A DNA stretch of 64,000 nucleotides from Octopus vulgaris (lineage: Eukaryota), in the NCBI GenBank assembly GCA_951406725.2, contig OX597819.1, positions 3,162,001 through 3,226,000 on the forward strand, given 5' to 3'. The position numbers were made by a program, and so were the translations under genes. How positions within the stretch are numbered: the stretch's first letter is position 1; every line of letters begins with the position of its first letter. Below, in pieces: positions 51,006-63,681 of this stretch. The notes below the pieces were generated by a model. It saw only the letters and a list, made by a program, of their open reading frames with translations. It searched no databases and had not been told where the DNA came from.

Positions 51006-51632
51006 TCATTCTTCAGCATTCTCCGCTTCTTCGTTGGTAATTGTTATATCTGGAATAGCAAAGGATTCAGTAGAGTTTTCTTCTTCAATGCTGTTTTCGC
51101 TGTTTGATTGTTTTTCTTGAATTTCTTTTTGTAGAGCCGAAGACTTCAACCTGAGTGCGCTCAGTCTCTCATTCACTTGCTCAAGATTGTCAACAGCCGT
51201 ATTGAGTCCTTCCGTGGCTGAAAAGGTGCTATGTCCGTTTTCATCTCTCATTCGCTTCAATTCTTCCATGCGAGTCCTTGTATAATCTTCATTTCCGAAA
51301 AACAGATTTTGTCGAATTTTAGGGGAAGTATCAGGGCTAACATCGAAGAGTGGTGGAAGAGGTGACAATGCTCGTGGAATTGGTGAAGTTGCTCTCTGTT
51401 CGCGGCTCTTTTTGATTTCTTTAAGTGTTTGCATGTCACTTTCCAATCGACTCCCATAGTCATCTAAATAACTAGACTTTCCATTTGGACCCACCTTTCT
51501 TACAGACCGGGAATCGTGGAATCGTCTTTCTCGAAGCCGTTCCAGTTGTCTAATCCGTTGAAGGCGATCTTTGTCGATGTGTTCTGGTGGTGGGTTATGT
51601 TCAAAATTAACTGACAGTCGATATTCAGACAT
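51006..51632 (-). CDS. Uninterrupted 208-aa ORF with charged-helix/coiled-coil segments and an acidic tail; paralogous to the N-terminus of the 2124-aa ORF
   Basis: ATG at 51632 in the context TTGAAGATG; in-frame upstream TAA at 51714-51716; TGA at 51006-51008. Non-repetitive, protein-like sequence with motif blocks shared with 571-6945. Confidence 0.85.
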   Translation of the reverse strand: MSEYRLSVNFEHNPPPEHIDKDRLQRIRQLERLRERRFHDSRSVRKVGPNGKSSYLDDYGSRLESDMQTLKEIKKSREQRATSPIPRALSPLPPLFDVSPDTSPKIRQNLFFGNEDYTRTRMEELKRMRDENGHSTFSATEGLNTAVDNLEQVNERLSALRLKSSALQKEIQEKQSNSENSIEEENSTESFAIPDITITNEEAENAEE

Positions 51633-52742
51633 CTTCAACTTGAAATAGTTGACAACACCAGTAATAACAAATAAAGAAGAATCGAAGCAATTGGAAATAG
51701 AATTCCTTATAAATTAACTATTTCCAGGAAAAAGTTTCAGTCAAGATTATATTAATATAAGAGCTGGGGAATAAGTTTTTAAATGACTGTTATACCTGCT
51801 GTAAGGTAAATATTTAACTATTATCAGATTCAAAGGATTTAAAATCGTCAAGTGACAAGTCTGAAAGTCGTGTTGCCGGTAAAAATACGTGGCAAACTGC
51901 AAACTTGTTAGTCCGCTTTAGCATCAGCCGTAGGTTTTAATTAGATTCTAGTTTTCTCGAATTTTTTCTTTTATATTTCTTTTTTGTCTTTATTTCTTGC
52001 TAGTTTTTGCAGTTTTGAATAATGTGTAAGCCTTGAGGGTGTAACGGGTATGTGAATGACGACTAGTTTGTCAACAGTCTGCAATGCTACAGGTGTGTAT
52101 GAGTGTGTGCTTAAGTAAGTGGGGAAAGTAACTGAATCAGTAACAACCAACTAACCTGCGCCGTTAATTCTTTCCAGGTCATCTATAAGAGGGATGGCAA
52201 AATGGGAAAAATAAAAAAAGCCTACTATGACTGAATTTAAATACCTAATTTCTGTTATGATCGTGTGCTTGACTGAAATTTTCTTATATTTGTTGAGAAC
52301 CAAATATATTCTCTGAGAGGATCTAGGCAAAGCTGAAAAAAAAAAGTTACATACCAATAGCATAGGGGACGAGACCACGAGTAAAAGATAAACACAATAA
52401 AACAATTAGTTTCCCCTCTTTTCGCACAACTGTCATACGGATTTTTTTTCTGTTACACAACTTAACCTTTAGAAAACTAGGTTATTTTGGGTAAAAAGAA
52501 AAAAAAATTCTAAAGGATAAAAACAGTTTATGAATTATATTGACAAACTCTTGGAAATGTTTTACCCATAAAAGAAGAAATAACAAGCTATTTGCAATTG
52601 GGAAATGAGTAAGATGAATTTATGATGTAATATTTATTGAGGAAGTAGAACCTGAGTCATGTCCATTGGATAAAATAATTAAAAATTACATCATATATCA
52701 ATGATAGACGTGCTGCCCACCTCCAAAACTGGGACGAAGAAG

Positions 52743-54033
52743 TCAACATATTCATCAAAGTTTGTCAACATTCGTGGGCATTTATATTCAAAGACGTTCC
52801 AGCCATGACCACCTTGCCTTTTTAATGATATCTATGTCACATCAACATATTCACCAAAGTTTGTCAACATTCGTGGGCATTTATATTCAAAGACGTTCCA
52901 GCCATGACCACCTTGCCTTTTTAATGATATCTATGTCACATCAACATATTCACCAAAGTTTGTCAACATTCGTGGGCATTTATATTCAAAGACGTTCCAG
53001 CCATGACCACCTTGCCTTTTTAATGATATCTATGTCACATCAACATATTCACCAAAGTTTGTCAACATTCGTGGGCATTTATATTCAAAGACGTTCCAGC
53101 AATGACCACCTTGCCTATTTAATGATATCTATGTCACATCAACATATTCACCAAAGTTTGTCAACATTCGTGGGCATTTATATTCAAAGACGTTCCAGCC
53201 ATGACCACCTTGCCTTTTTAATGATATCTATGTCACATCAACATATTCACCAAAGTTTGTCAACATTCGTGGGCATTTATATTCAAAGACGTTCCAGCCA
53301 TGACCACCTTGCCTTTTTAATGATATCTATGTCACATCAACATATTCACCAAAGTTTGTCAACATTCGTGGGCATTTATATTCAAAGACGTTCCAGCCAT
53401 GACCACCTTGCCTTTTTAATGATATCTATGTCACATCAACATATTCACCAAAGTTTGTCAACATTCGTGGGCATTTATATTCAAAGACGTTCCAGCAATG
53501 ACCACCTTGCCTATTTAATGATATCTATGTCACATCAACATATTCACCAAAGTTTGTCAACATTCGTGGGCATTTATATTCAAAGACGTTCCAGCCATGA
53601 CCACCTTGCCTTTTTAATGATATCTATGTCACATCAACATATTCACCAAAGTTTGTCAACATTCGTGGGTATTTATATTCAAAGACGTTCCAGCCATGAC
53701 CACCTTGCCTTTTTAATGATATCTATGTCACATCAACATATTCACCAAAGTTTGTCAACATTCGTGGGCATTTATATTCAAAGACGTTCCAGCCATGACC
53801 ACCTTGCCTTTTTAATGATATCTATGTCACATCAACATATTCACCAAAGTTTGTCAACATTCGTGGGCATTTATATTCAAAGACGTTCCAGCCATGACCA
53901 CCTTGCCTATTTAATGATATCTATGTCACATCAACATATTCACCAAAGTTTGTCAACATTCGTGGGCATTTATATTCAAAGACGTTCCAGCCATGACCAC
54001 CTTGCCTTTTTAATGATATCTATGTCACATCAA
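52743..54033. repeat. Minisatellite: 13 copies of a 99-bp unit with a 4-unit higher-order pattern
   Basis: Unit tcaacatattcaccaaagtttgtcaacattcgtgggcatttatattcaaagacgttccagccatgaccaccttgcctttttaatgatatctatgtcaca. The cctattt variant is in copies 4, 8 and 12. Confidence 0.97.
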
Positions 54034-54665
54034 ATGGTCACATCAAATGTGACCATTCTTTATTGATCTGAGTGAATTTGGCTGCTAGCTCTAACTGCTC
54101 AAGTGACAACGTAGAGGCTCCTTCATTGACTTGTATTTGAAGCAGTTGGTATGTTAGGCCAGCTTAGTTGTATACACCTTACAATCCCTGTTTTATTCAT
54201 TATCTCTATCTGGGTCAGCTGTTGCACTGTAATTAGCATACTTAAAGGTATACTCATACATTTACATTATCAATGTTCTTTATAAGGGAAAGAACAAAAG
54301 CATTTTTAATTCCTAATCAATTTGCTAAACAATGTTTTGCCAAGTGACAGATTTTAATTATCAATAAATAGATATAGATCCCTAATTAAAAGCTTGGTTT
54401 TTCATGAAGGTTTTTCAGGACAGATTGACCTGGTGCAATCCATTCCTCATCAATTGATATGCTTACAAGAGCATTGAGCTTAGCACGGCTAGATAATAAA
54501 ACCTTCATCAAATATTACTGCTCTTACTTGCAGCCATGTTAGTATAGCTTTAGATCCTATTTAAAACTAAGTGACCGATGCTTTTTTGGCAACACAGTAC
54601 AGCTTTAGCAATTTTGATTCTTTGTTCCATTTTAGAAGTTAAACATTTTTTTTTATATATAAGTT

Positions 54666-55043
54666 AGGTGCAGGCATGGCTGCGTGGTAAGACGTTTGCT
54701 ACCTAATCACATGGTTCCAGGTTCAGTCCCACTGCATGGCACCTTGGGCAAGTGTCTTCTACTATAGTCTCAGGATGACCAAAGCCTTGTGAGTGGATTT
54801 GGTAGACATTGTGTGTATGTGTGTATATATATATATATATCTGTGTGTGTGTGTGTCTTTGTGGCTGACAACTGGTGATGGTATGTTTACATCCCTGTAA
54901 CTTAGCAGTTTTGTAAAAGAGACCAACAGAATAAGTACCAGGTTTTACAAAAAGTAAGTACTGGGGTTGATTCGTTTGACTAAAATTCCTCAAAGTAGTC
55001 CCCCAGCATGGTTGCAATCTAATGCCTGAAACACATAAAAGAT
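54666..55043 (+). mobile_element. SINE family A (diverged)
   Basis: Matches the consensus head and tail. Confidence 0.85.
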
Positions 55044-55869
55044 AAGGGTCAGTACCTATGATTTTTGGTTGAAGTGACTGATGTGACTAATGTCTATAGG
55101 TCAATGTCTACTTGAAACCATTTACAAAAATAGGGAACAGAAGGTTTGATCCAAATGTTTGAAGCAAAGTGAAGTTCCATTAATGGTATTCTAAAATCAG
55201 AAATTATAAGTCATGCAAGTGGTGGTGGCTTTATAGTGTGCTTGCTGATCACTCATTCAGTTTCTCCTCTGACCTCTATTCATTGATTTCTGCCACTTAG
55301 TTTCAATGTTCTTAACCTCTGTAATAGTTTTCTAATGCTTACAAAACTGTAGCATAATGATAAGAAACATTGAAACCCTACACTAGAAATGAAAACTCCA
55401 AGTTTGAGCCGAGAAAGAATAGGGCACCTGAAATACAGTGAGTTGGTTGAAATCTGTGAAAACAGTGGATAAGAAGCAATATACCTTCCTCTAGAGATAG
55501 GTATTAGAGGACTTACAGGACCCAGAGTTCAGTTGATACTTAGGAGGACTAGACTAGCTATGAAGGAGAGAAAAGACATTGCCAGAAAACTGTTAGAAGC
55601 CACTGAGAAAGTAAACCATTACATAGGGTTCAAGAGAGAGGAGGAGTGGTGCAGTAAAACCAAACTCTGGCTCAGAGTTGCAACACCTGACTCAACAAAG
55701 CTCGTGTTGGTGTGTGGAAATTTTGTTGCCTATCTCAGGTAATGATGGTGTCAAGGTGAAAAGGTGCCAAAACACTTACAGAGCTATCTTCACTGCCTGA
55801 GGTGCTGTTGACTTCTGCATTTGGAGACAGAACACATCAACATCCTCACGACACAAGCATTTACCTAAA

Positions 55870-56402
55870 CCTTTTAGCATTCAGATTACTCAGTCAAAAG
55901 TCATGTTTATTTATTCTATTCCTCATCATCCTTTAATATCCATTGTTCTTGCTGGCATGGGTTGGATTGCTTGACCAGTGCTGGCAAGCTGAAGGGCTGC
56001 ACCGACTCCAGTCTGATTTGGCATGGTTTCTACAGCTGGATGCCCTTCCTAACACCAACCACTCCAAGAGTGTAATGAGTGCTTTTATGTGCCACTGGCA
56101 CGGGTGCCAGTTGTGTGACATGAGTATCTGCCATGACTACAATTTCACTTGGCTTGATGGGTCTTCTACCCAAGCACAGCATATTGCCAAAGGTCTTGGT
56201 CATTTGCCATTGCGTCTGTGAGGCCCAACGCTCAAAAGGTGCTTTTTGCATGCCACCAGCTTGAGTGCCAGTTGCAGTATCCCATATCTTTGAGATTTTG
56301 ATGTGATTGCTTATTTTTAGAATGACATTGTAGGCTAAGTTTGAACATAAAATAGGTAGAATATATGGGCGAGAAGATATGGCCTGTTTAAATGCCAAAG
56401 GG
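55870..56402. mobile_element. piggyBac-type MITE interrupted by an RTE-tail repeat (about 55924-56280, minus)
   Basis: TAAA|CCTTTTAGCATTCAGA ... TTTAAATGCCAAAGGG|TTAA: imperfect TIRs with a TTAA-like TSD. Confidence 0.65.
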
Positions 56403-58079
56403 TTAAGCATTTGTTGGTTCTTTGTGTTTATCTTTGCATATATTTATTTAAATGTTTAGTTTAGAATTTTATAGTAGCTGGAAGTCTTTTTAATGAATTT
56501 CTTGATTTTGGGGTTGAATTGCATGTCTTGGAACCAATTACCGATCTAAGTTAATGTATGTACGTAGGCAACAGATGTATACATATACACACTTACACAA
56601 ATATTGATTTCAAATTTTGGCACAAAGCCAGCAATTTTGGGAGAGGGTCTCAGTCAATTACATTGACCCCAGTATTTAACTGGTACTCATTTTATTGAAC
56701 CTGAAAGGAAGAAAGGCAAAGTTGACCTGAGTGGAATTTGAATTTAGAATGGATAAATAAATAGATAGATAGATCATCATTATGGCTTGCATGGATTGTA
56801 TATAGTTTTCTGAGGTAAATTTTCTATGGCCAGATGCCCTCCCGGTAGTTTTTTCCCCATGGCTTGCAGAAAATTGGAAATGAATGGCGTTGCTTGTTTG
56901 ACAGTGACTATCATTTACAACTATCATGTAGTATCAAAACAAAGAAACACAAACATACACACACAGTCACACACACAATGGGCTTCTTTTGGTTTTCATT
57001 TACCAGATCCACTCACAAACTTTTGGTTGGCCTGGGGCTATAGTAGAAGACAACTGACTAAGGTGTCATGCAGTGGGATCGAACCTAAAACTATGTAATT
57101 GGGAAGCAAACTTAACCACTCAACCTGCACCTCCTTTTCAACAAAATCCATTGACCCCTGTAATCCATAGACCTACAAGTTAGGAACGCAAGTTTAACTA
57201 TTTAAGTGATTGATTCTTTCAATTTCAGAATTTAAAAAACAACAACATAAAAATGAGCCAATAAAGTATCTCTATATGGTTAGTTGTTAAGCTAGAAATA
57301 ACAGCCAAATTTCTCTCAAATAGCATCCTGTTGTCTTAAAAATGAAAGAATATATTGCATAATAAATTTCCAGAAACACAAAGTAACAGGATGGTCCCAT
57401 CTGAGATACTTTTGGTTATGGGTCTCCTTAATTATGAACTAATTCTATTTTATGCTCAGGGCTAACAAATTTGAGAGGATGATTTTAGCTGATCATATTG
57501 ACCATAGTACTTGGGCAGTACTTTATTTTATCAAGTCCAAAAGGTTGAAAGGCAAAGTTGACCTTGGCACAATTTAAATCAGAATGTAAAGACCTGTCAC
57601 TAAATGCTGCTAGGTCTATTGCCTAACTCTCTGTTGTTGTTTCTACCAATTCACTATCTACAAAAAGCTTAGCTGTCACGCACAAGACAGCATAAACTGG
57701 TAGCTTTTACCTTGATTTCTCTAATAAATGTCTTAGGTATATATGTAGTAGCAAGCAGACATAGACATTCTCTCTCTCTCTCCCAGCACTCCCACCTTTA
57801 ACACTGCAGACCATTGTGGATGTGACAGCTGGAAGGAAAGAGGTGCATCAGCAACAGGCTGGGACTCATGACTAACTGGATTGAAACAACAGAAAATAAA
57901 ATGCTTTGCTTAGGAGAGTAATATGTTGCCCAGTCCAGGAACCAAACCCACAACCTTAAGATCCAAGTCCCAACACTGTAACCAGTAGGCCATTGGCTAT
58001 AACTACAATCATAACAAAGGTTAACAAATATGAAAACATGAAAACTTTGCAATTTATCAAAGTCAGTTATTCAACTCTT

Positions 58080-58272
58080 TTATTCTATTACTTGTTTCAG
58101 TCATTTGACTGTGGCCATGCTGGAGCACCGCCTTTAGTCGAGCAAATCAACCTTATTCTTTGTAAGCCTAGTACTTATTCTATCAGTGTCTTTTGCCGAA
58201 CCGCTAAGTTACAAGGATGTAAACACACCAGCATCAGTTGTCAAGCGATGTTGGGGGGACAAACACAGACAC

Positions 58273-58334
<62 letters not shown>

Positions 58335-58692
58335 TGGGCTTCTTTCAGTTTCCGTCTACCAAATCCACTCACAAGGTTTTGGTTAGCCCAAGGCTATATT
58401 AGAAGACACTTGCCCAAGGTGCCACACAGTGGGACTGAACTCAGAACCATGTGGTTCATAAGCAAGCTACTTACCACACAGCCACTCCTACACAACTGTT
58501 AATGAATGATATACACACACACTACATAAACATATGAAGGGTTTCTTTCAGTTTTTGCCTACAAAATTCACTCAAAGTTTTAGCTGGGCTGGGGATATTG
58601 TAAAAGACACTTGCCCAAGGTACCATGCAGTGAGACTGATCTTGGAACCATGTAGTTGAGAAACAAGCTTTTTACCACACAGCCATGCCTAA
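58080..58692 (-). mobile_element. SINE family A (58080-58489) plus an adjacent partial copy (58530-58692)
   Basis: Reverse-complement matches to the consensus, with a long internal (CA)n. Confidence 0.88.
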
Positions 58693-59224
58693 GCCTATTA
58701 ATTATTAATGAGAAAAGTCACGTGCATATCCATTCCCCATTAAGAACATACATAGCATTTAAGGCAACATAAAAGAATACAACCTAATTACACAAATAGA
58801 CAATCTGATAAAACAAGAGACAAGATTAAAACTACAAACAGAAGAAATAAAATTTAGCATAAAGTAAATAAACAAGAAAATAATATTAAAAAAATGAATA
58901 AAAGAAAGTCAGAAAAAGTGGCTAACATCCAAAAGAAGCAGTAAAACATTACACAAAATATTTAATAATTCCAACAATGGTCACATCACACCTACACCTC
59001 CTGTAATAACAACAATCACAAGAACCCATTGTTTAAGAAGAAGCAAATTCACTTAGCAAATTATCTATAAAAACTGCATGAAAAAGACTAACACTAAATA
59101 CATGATATAAACTTTCTTCTTAAACAATAACTTCACATCTTCCTTTGATCAGATATCAGAAAAGCTAAAGGAAATTAAAATACGGAAAAGTCTTAAGTGA
59201 CAAAATTATTAATATATACTTAAA

Positions 59225-60128
59225 ACATTGCCATGCTACATGGTAGTGAAACATGGGCTGTGACGGCAGAGGACATGCGTAGGCTTGAAGGAAATGAAGC
59301 TAGCATGATCTGCTGGATGTGTAATGTCAGTGTGCACACATGACAAAGTGTAACACCCTGAGAGAAATGCTGGACATAAGAAGCATTGGATGTGGTGTGC
59401 AAGAGAGACGCTTGCATTGGTATGGTCATGTACTACGGATGGATGAGGAGCGATGTGAGAAGTGCCACTCCCAAACAGTTGAAGGAATCCGGGGTAGAGG
59501 TAGACCCAGGAAAACATGGAATGAGGTGGTGAAGCATGACCTTTGAATGTTGGGCCTCACAGAGGCAATGACGAAAGACCGAGATCTCTGGAGATATGCT
59601 GTGACTGCGAAGACCCGACAAATAACGTGAGTTCATGGCTGTTTCCTGCACCAGCTTCACATAGCAGCCCCAGCCCATCCAAAGTACCTTGGATTGTTGG
59701 GCAGCCTGCTGTGCTTACCTTGGATTGTTGGGCGACCTGCTGTGCTTGGGGAGACCTATTGAGTCAAGTACATCAACATCAAAATAAAAATCAAATGTAA
59801 ACTGTAGTTGTGATACCTGTGCCGGTGGCACGTATAAAGCACCATCCGAATGTGGCCGATGCCAGCGCCACCTTGACTGGCTTCTGTGCCAGTAGCATGT
59901 AAAAAGCACCAACCTATCGTGACTGCTGCCAGCCTCCCCTGGCATGTAAAACGCATCCACTACACTCATGGAGTGGTTGGCGTTAGGAAGGGCATCCAGC
60001 TGTAGAAACACTGCCAGATCAGACTGGAGCCTAGTGCAGCCTCCTGGCTTCCCAGACCCCAGTCGAACCGTCCAAGCCATGCTAGCATGGAAAACGGACA
60101 TTAAACGATTATTATTATTATTATTATT
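59225..60128 (+). mobile_element. RTE-LINE 3' end: ORF C-terminus, 3' UTR and tail
   Basis: AMLHGSETWAVTAEDMRRLE...QERRLHWYGHVLRM...RGRPRKTW, then the shared tail ending in (ATT)n. Contains a 31-bp tandem duplication at 59685-59746. Confidence 0.9.
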
Positions 60129-61193
60129 ACATCAAAATTGCTGATTTCCCAGAAACTGAAAACATGAAGAATATTCATTGCAATTTTCAAACCTTACAAA
60201 AGCCTTAAATGAGACAACACAAAACAGCAGACATTTGTTGCTACAGCAATCTTTAACTCTCACAGTCCTTGCCACTACATATGCAATTACCCCCAAATAA
60301 GCAGATATCTACAACACCAGAACATACACTCAAAAAATATCAGCCACAGCATTAATAACCTCTTTAGCTGACCTGGAGCTAAACAAAACCAGAAATAGAC
60401 TAGATGGTAGAGAATGTTCAGAATGTGATACTGCAACCCACAAGATTAACTACTATATGTCAGAATGTGCAGGGTAGTCCTTAGTCAGATGGAGGTGTTG
60501 TGTATTTGCAACAACCAATTTTGGTTCATATCTACTAGGTCTAGTGCACACCTGTTGCTATACAATAATAACAACCAACTGAAATAAATTTCTAATAGTC
60601 ACTGCTTTCATAATTAGATGCTTTAAACATTGGGCCTTTAAATTTTGTTTTGAAAACAAAGTTGAAGCCAACTGTTGTTTTGCAAACACACAACACGATG
60701 ACAGTTGGTTGAATGAGATGTTTGAGTGTTTGTTACAGCTATGGTCCTCATATCTTTATTTTGAGCACAGTCAGGTGGAACAACTGGAACATATAATCAC
60801 AGTTTTATATTAATAGGAGTATTTTTCACATTGAAATTGACCACAATTAACATATATACATGCTTAAATCCCCATCAGTCAGTCTAGAAGTTAAACCAAT
60901 TTGATAGAGCATGTTATCTGGTAATAATATTATATTCTTATTCACAGGTGGTGTTTCATTAGAAGGAAAGAAAATGTTTTAGAATCAGACAAATCTTAAA
61001 TATTCTGAAAATTTTAAAAAATTTCTTTGATTTATTTATTTATTTCAGTTAGTTTGGAAGAAGAAACTCGGCCCAGAGACCCTGAAGGCTTCCTGACACC
61101 AGTGATATCAGTGTGGTTAATGTTTTTATTGAACAGCTGTATTTCTTCTTCAAACATTCAGATCTGTCAGCATAGCTTAAATGATTTAAGATT

Positions 61194-61532
61194 TACTCTT
61201 TTACTTGTTTCAGTCATTTAACTGTGGCCATGCTGGAGCACCACCTTTAGTCGAGCAAATTGACCCCAGGACTTATTCTAACGGTCTCTTTTGCTAAACT
61301 GCTAAGTTACGGGGACGTAAACACACCAGCATTGGTTGTCAAGCAATGTTGGGGGGACAAACACACACACACAAACATATACATATATATACGATGGGCT
61401 TCTTTCAGTTTCCATCTACCAAATCCATTCACAAGGCTTTGGTTGGCCCAAGGCTATAGTAGAAGACACTTGCCCAAGGTACCACGCAGTGGGACTGAAC
61501 CTGGAACCATGAGGTTCGTAAGCAAGCTACTT
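61194..61532 (-). mobile_element. SINE family A (5' end clipped)
   Basis: Reverse-complement match. Confidence 0.87.
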
Positions 61533-62528
61533 TGTCTTTAGAGCATCTGAACTTGGGGTTTCCTTTACCTACAACATTACAGATTTCAAGCAAACAAATG
61601 GAATTAAGTTGAATGCAAAATATCTATATTTTATCCTTGATAGCAGATCATTTCTCTAAGGATTTAAGCACAAACATCTCTATATGTAGATTGGGTATTT
61701 CGGCCAACAATTCTATATTTGGTCTATGCAAAGAGGTAGTCATGCTTTTTGATTTTTATTCTAGCCATTGATGTCTCATAGTAGCTGTGCTAAGTCTTTT
61801 ATCAATGATAGTCTCGACACTAAACTTCAAGTTTATTCCAGACTTCAGTCAATAAGGCACTTTCATAATATGGTATAATATCTGCCAACATTTTAATAAT
61901 AGAATGATTCTTCTCAATACCAAGCTATAAAATTTTGAAATGTGATGAAATCCACAATTACTTGTCCTCTCAGCAGAGAAATATCTAAAAAGGCTTGTCA
62001 AACTGCCTCATGACACCAGCAGACAAAATGGAAAAGGTGTTGTTCTGTTAGATGGTAAAGGAGATGTGCTGGAACAACCACCCTGACTCACAGGGCTCAC
62101 ACTTGCAGATAGCCATCTCCACCCTGATAGCAGTGAGCAAGGATATAGTTTGGAGGTCTTCACTGCCACAGGCTCAACCATAAATCTCTTGGAGAATGGC
62201 TGACACTTTGATAGTTTGCCCTTTGCAGCCTGATGAGCAGGTAGCTGAACACACCAAATTGCCACTGTCTGCTGGATTTATGCACCAAAAACCATTCAGA
62301 ACAGAAATGGGAAGCCATTTTTGAAAAGTAGGCAAAATAAGATGTGGGTCGTCATCGGGTAAGGCTCACTACTAAAAGGAATTACAAGGCAAATTTCCAT
62401 CTGGTGTATCATGCAGAAAGTGCCACAGTCTGAAGTTTGCCGATGACTGATATGGAACATTGTAGAAGTTTCTGTTATTTTGTAATAAATATCTTTGATT
62501 CTCAACCCATATCATTTTTTTTTATATA

Positions 62529-62695
62529 GGCGCAGGAGTGGCTGTGGTAAGTAGCTTGCTTACTAACCACATGGTCCTGGGTTCAGTCCCACTGCGTGGC
62601 ACCTTGGCCAAGTGTCTTCTACTATAGCCTTAGGCCAACCAAAGCCTTATGAGTGGATTTGGTAGACGGAAACTGGAAGAAGCCCGTCGTATATG

Positions 62696-62730
<35 letters not shown>

Positions 62731-62973
62731 ATGTGTGTGTGTGTATTTGTTTGTGTGTCTGTGTTTGTCCCCCCAGCATCGCTTGACAACCGATGCTGGC
62801 ATGTTTATGTCCCCCGTAACTTAGTGGTTCAGCAAAAGAGATTGATAGAATAAGTACTAGGCTTACAAAGAATAAACTCTGGGGCCGATTTGCTCGACTA
62901 TAAAGGCGGTGCTACAGCATGGCCGCAGTCAAATGACTGAAACAAGTAAAAGAGTAAAAAAAAGAGTAAAGAG
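62529..62973 (+). mobile_element. SINE family A
   Basis: Full-length match. Confidence 0.9.
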
Positions 62974-63268
62974 TATACTCAGTTGGAGATGGCAACCAAA
63001 ATATACCCAAATAAGGACATGTATGCATGTACCTAATGTATACGTATATGTATAGACCAAATGTATATGTGTTTATCTTTACTGAGTCATACTGACTGGA
63101 TATTTTCTGTAGCTGTACTTATCACTTTTCCTGTGAGTGATATTAATGAGAATAAATATTTTTTTGATATGAGAAAATAATGTTATGTCATATTTGTCAG
63201 AAACAAACTTTTCATTCTAATCTACTTTTATTTGATGATCTTGCAAAAGGACATGACAAGACAACATG

Positions 63269-63681
63269 CAGTGCTGGATTAACCATTAAGCAAAATGAGC
63301 ACATGCTTCGGGCATCAAGGGAAGTGCGGCACCACAGTAATGGTAAATGGTTTATGGCACAAAAGAAATCGCTTGCTAAAATAATATTGAGGTTGCCTTA
63401 TCTCTACTAAGTATAGAAGGAGAAATGTCATGATTAATTTTGAGGATCTGATCAAATACTTTGCAATTAAAAAAGTAGGAGAAAACTTTACAAATATAAA
63501 TAAAATAGAAGTTTGCAAAAATAAACATTATTTTCCATCTCACTGTTAGTTTTATTTCATTTTGAAAGATAAAAATTTATTTTATGGTTTATTATTGTCT
63601 ATATTTTGAATTACATATATATGTGGGGGAACAAAAATCTCTTGAGTGCTTTGCACCTCTACAGGTCTTAATCTGGCTTTG
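63269..63681 (+). mobile_element. Non-autonomous hAT element with 8-bp TSD
   Basis: ACAACATG at 63261-63268 and 63682-63689. Termini CAGTGCTGGATTAA and TTAATCTGGCTTTG are imperfect TIRs. Interior LLSIEGEMS...INFEDLIKYFAIKK resembles the end of a hAT dimerisation domain. Confidence 0.88.

Noticed and set aside
52743-54033. CRISPR-like array
   Set aside because: Units are contiguous with no unique spacers, there are no cas genes, and the context is eukaryotic.
52762-54066. 434-aa ORF of 33-aa repeats
   Set aside because: It is open only because the 99-bp unit has no stop in that frame. It starts at TTG, has no unique flanking coding sequence, and the unit looks repeat-derived.
62228-62255. 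Hammerhead-like CTGATGAG...GAAC
   Set aside because: Lacks the conserved GAAA and convincing stems I and III.
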